Positions 11,284 to 23,444 of a stretch of 64,000 bases of DNA are shown here, piece by piece. The notes below the pieces were generated by a model. That model searched no databases, had not been told where the DNA came from, and was given only the letters and a program-made list of their open reading frames with translations. This DNA is from a virus (Duplodnaviria; Heunggongvirae; Uroviricota; Caudoviricetes). The position numbers and the translations under genes were made by a program. Location: positions 109,828-173,827 of IMG/VR virus record IMGVR_UViG_3300007747_000008; one strand, given 5' to 3'. The first letter of the stretch is position 1. Each line of letters starts with the position of its first letter.

Positions 11284-11835
11284 ATGAAACAACTTGAAGT
11301 GCAAGAAGTATTCTCACTAGACTCTTATAGTGTTATTAAAGCAAAATACGGTGAAAGCAACTACTACGTTGCTGGCAAACATGACATTACTCAATATGTC
11401 CAAGCGGTAGCCCGTTCGCAAGAACAACAAACTGTAAATAAAACAGTACTAGAACTTGGCTTGCAGTTGTTTTTCCGTCATAACCCACAACAAGATGTAC
11501 TTAGTGTTCCAAAGTTTGACTTAGTACTACTTGATGATAAAAAAACATCAGCAGAATTTGTAATGGAAATGTGCATGGATCTATTTCACTTCAGTGAAGA
11601 ACGGGCAATCGAAGCCGTTACCGCATTGAATAGCGAAAAACATGCATACACAGTCGGAACATTCAGTGAAGAAATGTGTATTACATACTGTGCGATGTTT
11701 GAGAATGCAAATGCTCAATTATCACAAAACATTGGCTACGATTATGTACCAAGCCCACTAAAGCCGCAAAGTTATGAAGCAGCTTTACAGACACTTGAAA
11801 CATTAATTCGTCGCGATTACCCGAACGATATCTAA
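11284..11835 (+). CDS. Protein with a C-terminal ClpS-like domain (Clp protease adaptor)
   Basis: VPKFDLVLLDDKKTSAEFVMEMCMDLFHFSEERAIEAVTALNSEKHAYTVGTFSEEMCITYCAMFENA aligns with the ClpS core. Confidence 0.65.
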   Translation: MKQLEVQEVFSLDSYSVIKAKYGESNYYVAGKHDITQYVQAVARSQEQQTVNKTVLELGLQLFFRHNPQQDVLSVPKFDLVLLDDKKTSAEFVMEMCMDLFHFSEERAIEAVTALNSEKHAYTVGTFSEEMCITYCAMFENANAQLSQNIGYDYVPSPLKPQSYEAALQTLETLIRRDYPNDI

Positions 11836-11842
11836 ACAAATA

Positions 11843-14005
<2,163 letters not shown>

Positions 14006-14006
<1 letters not shown>

Positions 14007-16618
14007 TGCCAAGTAAATCTAAAGCACAAGCTAGATTCATGGCAGCAGCAGCACATAACCCAGACTTTGCTAAAAAGGCTGGGATTAGTACTGGTGCAGC
14101 TAAAGAATGGAATCAAGCAGATAAAAAACAAGGAACTCTCAAAAAGGGTTCAGATAAACCAGAACATGTAACTGAAGAAGAGATACTTGATGAAGCAAGT
14201 GGTGTTGGTATCTTTCCAGTACCGCCAAGTTCTTTGAAACTAATGCAAAAATATGCTTCTTCTATTGTATTGACTTATGCTTATAAATCATTCCAACAGA
14301 TGCAGAAAAATACAGATGATGATTTAGATCAACTTGTTGCTTCTAAGATTCTGCCGTTCTTAAAACGTTTCCAACAAAAATATGGTGCCCAAGTACTGAA
14401 TGATGCTAGTCTGCGTAAGTATGTGAATCAAAGTATTAAGATGCCAATTGACCATGCTGCCATTATGCGTGAGTTACCTAAGTCTATGCAAAATGAAAAA
14501 GTACAATCTTTTATACAAAAAATGAATGTATTCGTAACGTTTGACACTAATTATTATGACAACAGAGCTGGCGGTCACAAAGAGACAGTAAATGATAATA
14601 CATCTGATATTGTGTTATCATTAAAACCCGAATACTATCAATTCACCACAACAAATGGTACTGACGGAATCCAAAAGACAATGCAAAGTATGGATTACTT
14701 TTTGGGTTCACTTGAACATGAAATGCAACATGCATTCCAACAAATAGTGACTAAAAGACTTAGTTCTGCCAAAGATGCCAACGTAGCGAGAAAAAAAGAT
14801 TATAGTGATATGCAAGATTCTTATCATGCAAGTGGTGTTGAATTTGGTCCACAAACAAAAGATATGATAAACGCTGGAATTTTATGGTTAGATAACCAAA
14901 AAGATAATAACGAATTAAGTGGTAATATTAACCGTGATATTCAAGGTGCAATCAAACATGCATTTGAACGTTTATCTCATGGTCAAGGTAAGGTGTATCA
15001 AGCCTTAAAAAATTATAAAGAAGATGCTAATGCCAAAAAGCATATGGTTTTAATTTACAAAGGACTTGTTAAACATTATCAACAAATGGAAAACGAAGTT
15101 GATTCAGAATTGGATTTAGAACCTAAAGATGTTGATGGTGGCGAGTCTCGTTTATACAATTCTACAACAAAAGGACCAGACCAAGATGCAGATAAAAATG
15201 ATCCGATGGTTCAACTTTATCGTGCTATGGAATCTAAAAACAATTTAAAACCAAGTGACGTTGAGGAAGAACGTATACATGGAAAAAGACCAGATGACTA
15301 CACTAATCCATACAACAACCTTCATTCAATTGTTTATCACCTAGATGATGGTGGAATAGTACGGTTCATGAAACATAATGGTAATATTCTGATTACTGCG
15401 TGGGAGAGTCGTTTTTCAGAAAGTGAACCTATTAATATCGATGTTCCTGTTGATAAAATACAAATTATGTTGGACTATATTACTTGGTTTAAATCATTTA
15501 ACATGACCGACCGTTTTATCAAAGAACTAGCTCACAAGATAGACGGTTCAGAAATGGACATTGAAGAAATTGCTGATGCTTTTGGTGGATGGTACAATAA
15601 TGCTATTAAGAAAATTGGTGCACAACCCGAAGGTAAAAATCTAGATGCTTCACTTGATGAAGGTACGCTTTATATTCGATTCCAAGGGCTTCGTTATCCA
15701 ATATATATGCAAGCTGGATATAGAGATGGGGTTCAAATTGACAATGCAGAATCATACAATACCATAACTGGAATTACCTATCAGGATTTAGAACAAGTAA
15801 TGACTCGTCTATTCGAGATTTATCTAGAAAGTACCGATAGACAATTTAACAGGATATTCAAAAATATGGATAAAAAATTAACACCCGATAGTCTTGAAAA
15901 TATATGGGAATATGTTCAAGAATCATCCAAAAAGCCTGTAGAAGAATCAAGTATGCGTGGTTTTATGGATTTAGTACAGGATGCTGAAATAGCTGATGAT
16001 ATTGATCAAGCTGACAAGAGTACTCAAATTAGTAGAGATACCCAAAATAAAAAATTAGGTAAAACTACCAATTCACTAAATCAACTTGGTGAAGATGAAG
16101 AGTTGAATGAGATGCCACAGCGTTTTGATGCGTTTGCCAACCAAGATCGTGATGAATTTGTTGATAAGTCTGCTGAAATGACAGGTAAGCATAATATGGT
16201 TCCTTTTGCTCAACATGACGGATTTGATGTCATGAGAATTAAAAATGGTTCAGGATTTATTGCATACGATAAACAAGGTAAGCAAGTAGCATTATTAAGT
16301 GGTCATATAAGTAATAATGCGGTCGTTGGTGTACCTAATGTATTCGTAGAAAGTGCTGTTGCAGCAAAAAGCAATGTTAAAGGTGTTGTGTATCAAATGT
16401 ACATGGATATCTTAAATGCTGGATATTCAATACTTAGTGATGGTTTACATAGTGATGATGCAATCAAGTTCTGGACTAGATTGCTAACAAATCATACTGT
16501 ATATGTTGTAGGGGACGGTGAAGTACTAACACGTGCAACTCCAGAGAAAGTACACAAGTATTGGAGTGATGATGAATATAGCCCTAGTGCTGAGTTGAGG
16601 TTACTCTTGACGAAATAA
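14006..16618 (+). CDS. Large protein (870 aa): DUF3008-like N-terminus plus an HExxH domain, paralogue of 12414-14006
   Basis: The N-terminus SKAQARFMAAAAHNPDFAKKAGISTGAAKEW resembles DUF3008. LEHEMQHAFQ and YHASGVEFGPQT follow. TAATG coupling to the upstream gene. Confidence 0.55.
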
Positions 16619-16633
16619 ACACAAGATAAATAA

Positions 16634-16669
16634 TATCGGAGACATCAGTGATGTTTCCGATATTTTTTT
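16634..16669 (+). terminator. Rho-independent terminator
   Basis: ATCGGAGACATC...GATGTTTCCGAT followed by a T7 run. Confidence 0.65.
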
Positions 16670-16696
16670 GAGACAAAGAAACAAAAATGTGATATA
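16668..16696 (+). promoter_or_regulatory. GAGACA-N17-TGTGATATAAT promoter (variant -35)
   Basis: Extended -10 at 16688-16698 with a 17-bp spacer. Confidence 0.5.
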
Positions 16697-16728
16697 ATAC
16701 TATAGCTAAGAAACCAAGAGACAAAGGA

Positions 16729-17613
16729 ATGCAAATGGCAAAAGAAACAAAATCCTCATCCGTGCTTTCTGAACATGACGTTCAGCGACTTAACGATTAT
16801 CAACATGCTCGAATTCGTACTGAAATGTACTTAGGTTCCCGTTCTGTTCATGAACACCAAGTATTGCTATTCGGTGAAGACGGTTACAACGTACAGAACC
16901 TAGAATGGGTTCCAGCGTTAATTACAGCATTCCGAGAAATTGTTGATAACTCCCTAGATGAGTTCAAAAAAGCGGGTACTAAAGACCCATCCTTAAAAAT
17001 CCAGTACAATGAAGATGACCTATCATTTGAAATCAGTGATAATGGTCGTGGTATTCCAATCGACTATGTACCTGAGTTCAACATCAACCTATGTACAATG
17101 GTACTAACTGAAACTAAAACTGGTCGAAACTTTGACGATTCAAAACGTGAGGGTACAATTGGTCAGAATGGTTTAGGTGGTTCTATTACTATGTGCGTGA
17201 GTTCTAAAGCAGAAATCGAAATTCACCGCAGTGGTCGTCCTTATAAAACAGCCGCATCAAATGATGCATATGATGGTATCTACAAGTACAATCAAAAGTT
17301 CAAAGAAGGAACATTACTATTCCCAGAGCTTGACATTCAAGAACCGTCAATTCGTAAAGTACAATCGGACAAAACTGGGACTTCAATTAGTTTTACACTA
17401 AGCCCTGAAGTATTCAAAAATAGAAAACTACCAACTGAGTTAGTATTCAGTATTCTAAAAGAAATTGCGTCAGCTAACCCAACATACAAAATTATCCTTA
17501 ATGGCACTCGTATTGCCACTAAGACAAGCACAGAGAAGACACTCTTTGGTGCTAACAAAATGATGTCACTAAATGTAGAAGAAGATAGTATTGGATTCAA
17601 CAGTACTTTCTGA
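16729..17613 (+). CDS. 39: DNA topoisomerase II large subunit (gene 39 homologue), N-terminal part: GHKL ATPase plus start of the transducer
   Basis: GyrB-like ATPase motifs (EIVDNSLDE, GRGIP, GLGG). The ORF ends at a TGA inside the transducer domain. Confidence 0.8.
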   Translation: MQMAKETKSSSVLSEHDVQRLNDYQHARIRTEMYLGSRSVHEHQVLLFGEDGYNVQNLEWVPALITAFREIVDNSLDEFKKAGTKDPSLKIQYNEDDLSFEISDNGRGIPIDYVPEFNINLCTMVLTETKTGRNFDDSKREGTIGQNGLGGSITMCVSSKAEIEIHRSGRPYKTAASNDAYDGIYKYNQKFKEGTLLFPELDIQEPSIRKVQSDKTGTSISFTLSPEVFKNRKLPTELVFSILKEIASANPTYKIILNGTRIATKTSTEKTLFGANKMMSLNVEEDSIGFNSTF

Positions 17614-17627
17614 ACACAAACTTCCAT

Positions 17628-18680
17628 ATGCAAGGTATTGTTAACAATGCACCAGCATTTGATGGTGGTACACATTTAGAAACATTCAAGAAGTACTTTT
17701 CTCCCGGCGTTAGTGCTGCACTTGAGAAAGAAGCGAAGAAGCGTAAAATGTCGCCTAATCGTGGAGATATTGAAGAAGGATTATTGATTTATAATGTGAC
17801 CACCATGAACGCACCATCGTTCAACTCACAAATCAAATCAAAACTAACTAACGAAAACGTCATTCGACCAGTACAGAAAGCAATGACCTCTGAATTCTTT
17901 GAAGAACTTGTTAAAAAGAATAAAGATTGGGTTGAAGAAATTTTCGAACGTACTGCTGCGAGGACGAATAAAAAAGATGCAGATGAAGATCGCCGTTTAG
18001 CTAAGAAATTACTAAAAGGTAAAGTTGCGAAATTGCTTGACGCAACTGGTACTGATCGTTCACAATGCATATTGCTAATGGCAGAAGGTGACTCAGCAGT
18101 GAGTAACATGTCAGCAGCACGTGATTCCAAAGTTCATGGAATTCTACCATTGCGTGGTAAAATCATGAACGTTAATGGTACTGAAAAAACCAAAGAGCTA
18201 ATGGACAGTGATTCTCTTAAAGATATCATGGCATCGATTAACCTTATTCCCGGCACGAAAGCAATACGTTCTGATTTGAACTATGGTAAGCTTTATATCT
18301 GTGCTGACGAAGATGAGGACGGTAAAAACATTGGTGCTTTAATCGTAAACTTCCTATATAAATTCTGGCCTGAATTATTTGCAGATGAAAATGATCCATT
18401 TGTCTATGTATTCAAAACACCATTCATCATCCTTGAAAAGGGAAAAGAAAGTCGATACTACTATGGCTACAATGTGGATGAGTACAATCCAGAAGAGTGG
18501 AAAGGTTGGAAAGCAACCCGTGCTAAAGGATTAGGTACTCTAGAAAAGAGTAACTTCAGAGATGCACTAACCAATGGTGTTGCAGTGGCAATTATTGATG
18601 ATGGTAGTCTAGGTACAACCCTTGACTTGATCTTTAATAAAGCCCGAGCAGATGACCGCAAAGCTTGGATGGAAGAGTAA
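17628..18680 (+). CDS. 39: DNA topoisomerase II large subunit, C-terminal part: rest of the transducer plus Toprim
   Basis: NNAPAFDGGTHL (GyrB NN..DGGTH), then Toprim motifs EGDSA and DEDEDG. This frame is already open from 17589 and is shifted -1 relative to the upstream ORF. No Shine-Dalgarno precedes the ATG. Confidence 0.8.
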   Translation: MQGIVNNAPAFDGGTHLETFKKYFSPGVSAALEKEAKKRKMSPNRGDIEEGLLIYNVTTMNAPSFNSQIKSKLTNENVIRPVQKAMTSEFFEELVKKNKDWVEEIFERTAARTNKKDADEDRRLAKKLLKGKVAKLLDATGTDRSQCILLMAEGDSAVSNMSAARDSKVHGILPLRGKIMNVNGTEKTKELMDSDSLKDIMASINLIPGTKAIRSDLNYGKLYICADEDEDGKNIGALIVNFLYKFWPELFADENDPFVYVFKTPFIILEKGKESRYYYGYNVDEYNPEEWKGWKATRAKGLGTLEKSNFRDALTNGVAVAIIDDGSLGTTLDLIFNKARADDRKAWMEE

Positions 18681-18733
18681 CAGTACTATAAAGGGGTACA
18701 GGAAGTACCCCAAAATAACAAAGAGGCAAAGGA

Positions 18734-20152
18734 ATGGCTAAATCAACAAAGAAACAAGCAAGTAATGCAATCGAAAATGCAACACTAACTCTATTACAAT
18801 ATCAAAGTTCTGACTATATTAACCAATCATCATTGGAATATTCTATCAGTACTCTTGACCGTGCAATCCCCGGTATTGATGGATTGAAAAGCTCACAGCG
18901 TAAGGCTATTTTTACGCTAAGTAAAATCTCAGGTGAGATTAAAACAGTATCTGCCGCAGGTCGTATGATCAGTGATGGTATATATCTCCACGGTGACGCA
19001 TCAGCATCCGGTACATTGCAGAACCTTGCAAGCCCAGTGGCGAATAACTACCCACTAATAGGAAAGCGTGGTGGCTTTGGTACGCAGGTAAATTCAACTC
19101 CAGCATCTGCACGTTATACCTATGTTAAACGTACTAATATAACAGAAGCTCTAGTACTTCGAGATATGGACATTGTACCAATGCAAGAAAACTATGATGG
19201 TACTACAATGGAGCCAACTCACTTTCTTCCAATAATTCCACTATCACTATTCGGAAATGATAGTATGTCGGTTGGTTATAAAAGTTTGATCCTACCACAC
19301 CGAATTGAAGATGTAATTGATAACTGTTTAGCTGTAATCAACAAAAAGCCACTAAAGAAAATGACGCCATATTGGGTATCCCTAGGTGCAAGTGAAGTTG
19401 TTGGTGAACTCGGTGATAACAAATATGAATTTTATGGTAGGGCTGAAGTAATTGATGCAAGTACTGTTCGAATTCTTGGTTTACCGCCACGTGTTAAAAT
19501 TGATAAATTTATTGAAAAGCTAATTGCAATGTCTGATAGTGGTGATATTAAAGACTACGATAATGACAGTACTGACACCATTGAAATCACCATTAAATTA
19601 CCACGTGGTTTATCTGCAAAATGGACTGAACATGATGTTATCCAGTATTTTGGATTAAGCAGTAAACTAACACAAGCATTAGTAGTACTTGGTGAAAATG
19701 GTCGAGTTAAAGTTTACAATGATACGTCAGAATTGATTCGCGATTTCGTTAATTTCAGGTTCAAATACTATATTAAACGCTATGAGAATCTTCTAGCGAA
19801 AGCTGAAGCTGAAGTACGTTATAAAGCATTGGTTGCTAAATGTTTTGAAAATGAAATGGTTTCTAAAATTAAAGATTTGAAAAACCGACAAGAACTAGTA
19901 AATTTCGTAACTACTTTAAATGATGATGTTCAAGCCACTGACGATAATATTCAAAATATCGTAAACTATGCATCATATCGTTGGACTCAGGAAAATTATG
20001 AGAAAACACTAGAAGAAGTTCAAGTAGCTCTAGGACTAATGGATGATTATCAACATCTACTTGATAACCATGAAGAGATTTGGAAAATTTATGCAAGTGA
20101 ATTAAAAGAACTTCGTAAAATGGATTGTACTCCAAAAACCGAAAAAGAATAA
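18734..20152 (+). CDS. 52: DNA topoisomerase II medium subunit (GyrA-like, gene 52 homologue)
   Basis: IPGIDGLKSSQRKAIF and the GyrA-like cleavage/religation core. Confidence 0.85.
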   Translation: MAKSTKKQASNAIENATLTLLQYQSSDYINQSSLEYSISTLDRAIPGIDGLKSSQRKAIFTLSKISGEIKTVSAAGRMISDGIYLHGDASASGTLQNLASPVANNYPLIGKRGGFGTQVNSTPASARYTYVKRTNITEALVLRDMDIVPMQENYDGTTMEPTHFLPIIPLSLFGNDSMSVGYKSLILPHRIEDVIDNCLAVINKKPLKKMTPYWVSLGASEVVGELGDNKYEFYGRAEVIDASTVRILGLPPRVKIDKFIEKLIAMSDSGDIKDYDNDSTDTIEITIKLPRGLSAKWTEHDVIQYFGLSSKLTQALVVLGENGRVKVYNDTSELIRDFVNFRFKYYIKRYENLLAKAEAEVRYKALVAKCFENEMVSKIKDLKNRQELVNFVTTLNDDVQATDDNIQNIVNYASYRWTQENYEKTLEEVQVALGLMDDYQHLLDNHEEIWKIYASELKELRKMDCTPKTEKE

Positions 20153-20156
20153 TAGT

Positions 20157-20188
20157 TAAAGGATACCTCGTGTATCCTTTATTGTTAT
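20157..20188 (+). terminator. Hairpin AAAGGATAC-CTCGT-GTATCCTTT (weak T-run)
   Basis: 9-bp stem after the gene 52 stop. Confidence 0.4.
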
Positions 20189-20192
20189 AAAT
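20185..20192 (+). promoter_or_regulatory. TATAAATA (T4-type late promoter motif)
   Basis: Exact TATAAATA lies 36 nt upstream of the 795-aa ORF. Confidence 0.4.
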
Positions 20193-20227
20193 ACGGTAGC
20201 TTTTAAACATTTTGGAGAATAAAACAT

Positions 20228-22615
20228 ATGGCAAATCTTGAGCCACGCTGGGACTTGAAAGCTGATACTAATATTATTGCTGAAGGTGATACTACTTACC
20301 TTCGAATTCAATTAAGAAAAAACGATGACGGTACAAGTCTTGAATATAAAATCGATAATGACCAATATTTAAAACTAGTATTTACAATTACTGGTAGTGG
20401 TGAAACATTAGAAGAACGAGACTTTACCCTATTAGTTGGTGAAAGTGAAAGTACACTTGTTGATATCTCCACTGGTAGTACTGGGACTCGTAAAATCTTT
20501 GGTGTTCATAATGTTAAGCTATTAGCAAATAATTTTGTATTAACGTCCAGTACTGATGTACTAGATATTTACTTACTAAAACTACATTGTGTAGATGATG
20601 GTATATGGGATGGCCCTGAACAACTTCATTTTGAATTTAATTCAATGGATATTGTCACTATTACTGATGGGCAAATTTCTAACCAAGAAGCTGCTGGTAT
20701 ATTAGGTAATACCACTTCTGATATATCATATGACACTACTGATGAAATTTGGGTAACACCTAGTGTTATTGCTAGGGGTGAAAAATATACAATAGGTGCA
20801 TTAGGGTATGGGGCTGATAGTCGGTTGTTCGTTGATGCATATGGACAAACTAGACGATACAATCCATCATTGGATGCAACACTATATCCAAATGATACAT
20901 CTAACCGAGTGTTCTTTCCAACATATCAAATTGAACGTATTACACTAAGTTCAATCCCAACTGATCACATAACTGGTCATGGGACAATTATAGTACCATC
21001 AGATTCTACTATTAAAGAGGAATCAGATATTGTCATAATGGATACGTTGGGTAATATGGTAGACACTGGTTTAAAATTCAATGCTAATGGTCAATTATTA
21101 CAAACCATGATTTATGATTCAGAACCGGTTGACGGATATTTCAGAACAAAAATAGTTCCTATAACAACCTTTTATAATTCAGCACAGGATGCATTTTACG
21201 TAGGTAAAAGATTTAAAGCTTATCAGATGTGGATATGTCCTGATAACCACGATTATATTAAAGGTGCAGCACAGCCCGGTCATTTATACCAACTTAAAAA
21301 TAATAACGTGTATCCATATGTAATTAAATCTGTTATTGAAAATAGCGTGGAATATGCAGTATTTGATGAATCAGCATGGGATGATCTTGGTGTATTTGAT
21401 GTTCGCTTAGGGTCAAACATTATTGGAAATGAAAGAACTTTTAGAATTCTAATAAATGCTAGTACTGGTGGTGGTATTGATTTTGAAACTGATGCAAATT
21501 TAGGTCGTATTCATGTCGGGGAGTACTTTGGTCACACAGTATATCCACAAATTAAAGCGTCAGGGACGTTAGTTACGTACAGAATAGTACAAGACTCTTC
21601 ACCCAATGATATAAGAAAATATGGACTAGATTTAACTGCTGATGGTTTCATGGTTGGTACTGCATATGCATTAAGTTCTGATTTCTCAGCGAATGATGAT
21701 ATCAAATTAGAATTTGATGTAATTGCCAATGAAAAAAGTGGTAGTACTGTAACAAAAAGGTTCAATATAACAATCATTCGTGGTTTTGGTCCACATTATC
21801 TAACTGGTAAACTTTGTCCTAGTAAGATATTTGAACGTGATTGGTTTGCATCTATTGCAACTGCAACCTATTACAACAATACCTCATTTTATAGAATGAG
21901 TGATAATCGTTATGGTTTGCAGAAATTACCTAGAATGTTACTTAAAGAGAATTTCGTTTCCCAGTCATATAGTTACACTACCCTAAAAGATATCAAAAAA
22001 GTACTTTCAAATGTTGTTGTGGATCCAGTCAATGGTGCTCCAGTACCCGATGGTCCATTCAGTCTAGTGATGGGTAATTATAAAATCGTATCAGCCCTTG
22101 ACAACCTCGGAAATGTAGTGTATGATTTGCTATATCGTGAATTACATCCATCAGGAACTCAGGTTTCTGTCAGTTTAAATCCCCGAGCATACACTGTCAT
22201 CGACAATGACTTATTCTCCGAAATCTTTGGCTTACGTCAGAATGTATTCAAAGCTGTTGGTGAGGACGTAACTAACCTATATTCAGATCCTGATGATTTG
22301 ATGAATCGAGGGTTGGTTGTTCCTGCAATTGCTGGGTTATCTGATGAGATGACTGATACGGTTCCACGGTTCATGAACCACCCATATGAAGATGATGGTT
22401 TAACGGCAAGATTCATGCCAGTCATTCCTGTAGCGTATTTTAAACCCGGACAAGCTGAGGCATTTTTCACATCCCTTGTGCAATCCAATGAACATAGATC
22501 ATTGGTAAATACTGAGTTCGAGGTACATGGTGTTGAGTTTATGTTCCATACATCAGAATACGATTTGTATGTAGAAGATAAATTTATTATACCATTAGTA
22601 GGAAATACATTATAA
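20228..22615 (+). CDS. Large hypothetical protein (795 aa), possibly structural given the late-type promoter
   Basis: Long ORF with no recognisable catalytic motifs. It is not rIIA-like. Confidence 0.55.
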   Translation: MANLEPRWDLKADTNIIAEGDTTYLRIQLRKNDDGTSLEYKIDNDQYLKLVFTITGSGETLEERDFTLLVGESESTLVDISTGSTGTRKIFGVHNVKLLANNFVLTSSTDVLDIYLLKLHCVDDGIWDGPEQLHFEFNSMDIVTITDGQISNQEAAGILGNTTSDISYDTTDEIWVTPSVIARGEKYTIGALGYGADSRLFVDAYGQTRRYNPSLDATLYPNDTSNRVFFPTYQIERITLSSIPTDHITGHGTIIVPSDSTIKEESDIVIMDTLGNMVDTGLKFNANGQLLQTMIYDSEPVDGYFRTKIVPITTFYNSAQDAFYVGKRFKAYQMWICPDNHDYIKGAAQPGHLYQLKNNNVYPYVIKSVIENSVEYAVFDESAWDDLGVFDVRLGSNIIGNERTFRILINASTGGGIDFETDANLGRIHVGEYFGHTVYPQIKASGTLVTYRIVQDSSPNDIRKYGLDLTADGFMVGTAYALSSDFSANDDIKLEFDVIANEKSGSTVTKRFNITIIRGFGPHYLTGKLCPSKIFERDWFASIATATYYNNTSFYRMSDNRYGLQKLPRMLLKENFVSQSYSYTTLKDIKKVLSNVVVDPVNGAPVPDGPFSLVMGNYKIVSALDNLGNVVYDLLYRELHPSGTQVSVSLNPRAYTVIDNDLFSEIFGLRQNVFKAVGEDVTNLYSDPDDLMNRGLVVPAIAGLSDEMTDTVPRFMNHPYEDDGLTARFMPVIPVAYFKPGQAEAFFTSLVQSNEHRSLVNTEFEVHGVEFMFHTSEYDLYVEDKFIIPLVGNTL

Positions 22616-22625
22616 GGAGATTGTT

Positions 22626-22934
22626 ATGTTTGACCCATTATTCGACACGTCTGGGATGTCAGATCGTGATCTTCAACAAAAGATTTTCGAAGTTAGTGAG
22701 CGTATTACTCGTGCTAGAAGCGGGGGTATATCCGATGATCTAATAGGCCGTATGTATATGGTACTTCAAGCTTGTGATGATGAAGTAATTGCTAGGGCTG
22801 CAACTAAAGAGTATGAACAGGCCGAAGACGCTGACAAATGCGTATTCGATACTGAAGAGTACTTGAAAAGCGAAGAGGATAAAAAGAAGAAAAATGAAAG
22901 TCCAAGGAAACAGATATATAAATCAGGATGGTGA
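22626..22934 (+). CDS. Hypothetical acidic protein
   Basis: ORF. Confidence 0.45.
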   Translation: MFDPLFDTSGMSDRDLQQKIFEVSERITRARSGGISDDLIGRMYMVLQACDDEVIARAATKEYEQAEDADKCVFDTEEYLKSEEDKKKKNESPRKQIYKSGW

Positions 22935-23412
22935 AGTCTTCTGCAACTTAAATGCAGTAGTATACTCCATGAATTGTGGTTCAGATTTACAGTACTTAAA
23001 GTTAATGGAAATGGATGAATCAGAACGTACTAAATTCAATGATAACTGTAAGAAATTTGGATTAGAATATCGAATGCTCGATTATAATATCGAGCACGAT
23101 AAAAATCATGAGTTGTGGAAATACGATCCAGCTTATGATAAAATAAACTTAGAGGAACATTTTCTAGCATTATGTAGTACTGATGAACAACGAAAGAGAG
23201 TACTTGACGAACTAAGTTTATATGAGAATTATAATATGACTAAGCTACTACGTTGTATGATGTGGTTAGTTGATTATCTAGATGAGAATAAAATCTTCTG
23301 GGGTCTTGGTCGTGGTAGCTCAGTCAGCAGCTATTGTTTATATCTTTTAGGACTTCATTTAGTTGATAGCCTAAAATATGAGTTGGATGTAAACGAATTC
23401 TTAAAATGGTAA
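22894..23412 (+). CDS. DnaE (Pol III alpha)-like fragment, a stand-alone 172-aa ORF
   Basis: LLRCMMWLVDYLDENKIFWGLGRGSSVSSYCLYLLGLHLVDSLKYELDVNEFL aligns with the DnaE stretch [52 protein letters not shown]. Confidence 0.55.
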   Translation: MKVQGNRYINQDGEVFCNLNAVVYSMNCGSDLQYLKLMEMDESERTKFNDNCKKFGLEYRMLDYNIEHDKNHELWKYDPAYDKINLEEHFLALCSTDEQRKRVLDELSLYENYNMTKLLRCMMWLVDYLDENKIFWGLGRGSSVSSYCLYLLGLHLVDSLKYELDVNEFLKW

Positions 23413-23444
23413 TTTATAACGTGTTAATACAATAAGGATATTAT

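Noticed and set aside
20228-22615. Possibility that the 795-aa ORF is rIIA, because rII genes neighbour the topo genes in T4.
   Set aside because: It has no GHKL/ATPase-like N-terminus and no similarity to the rIIA start that I can recognise. It is left as hypothetical.
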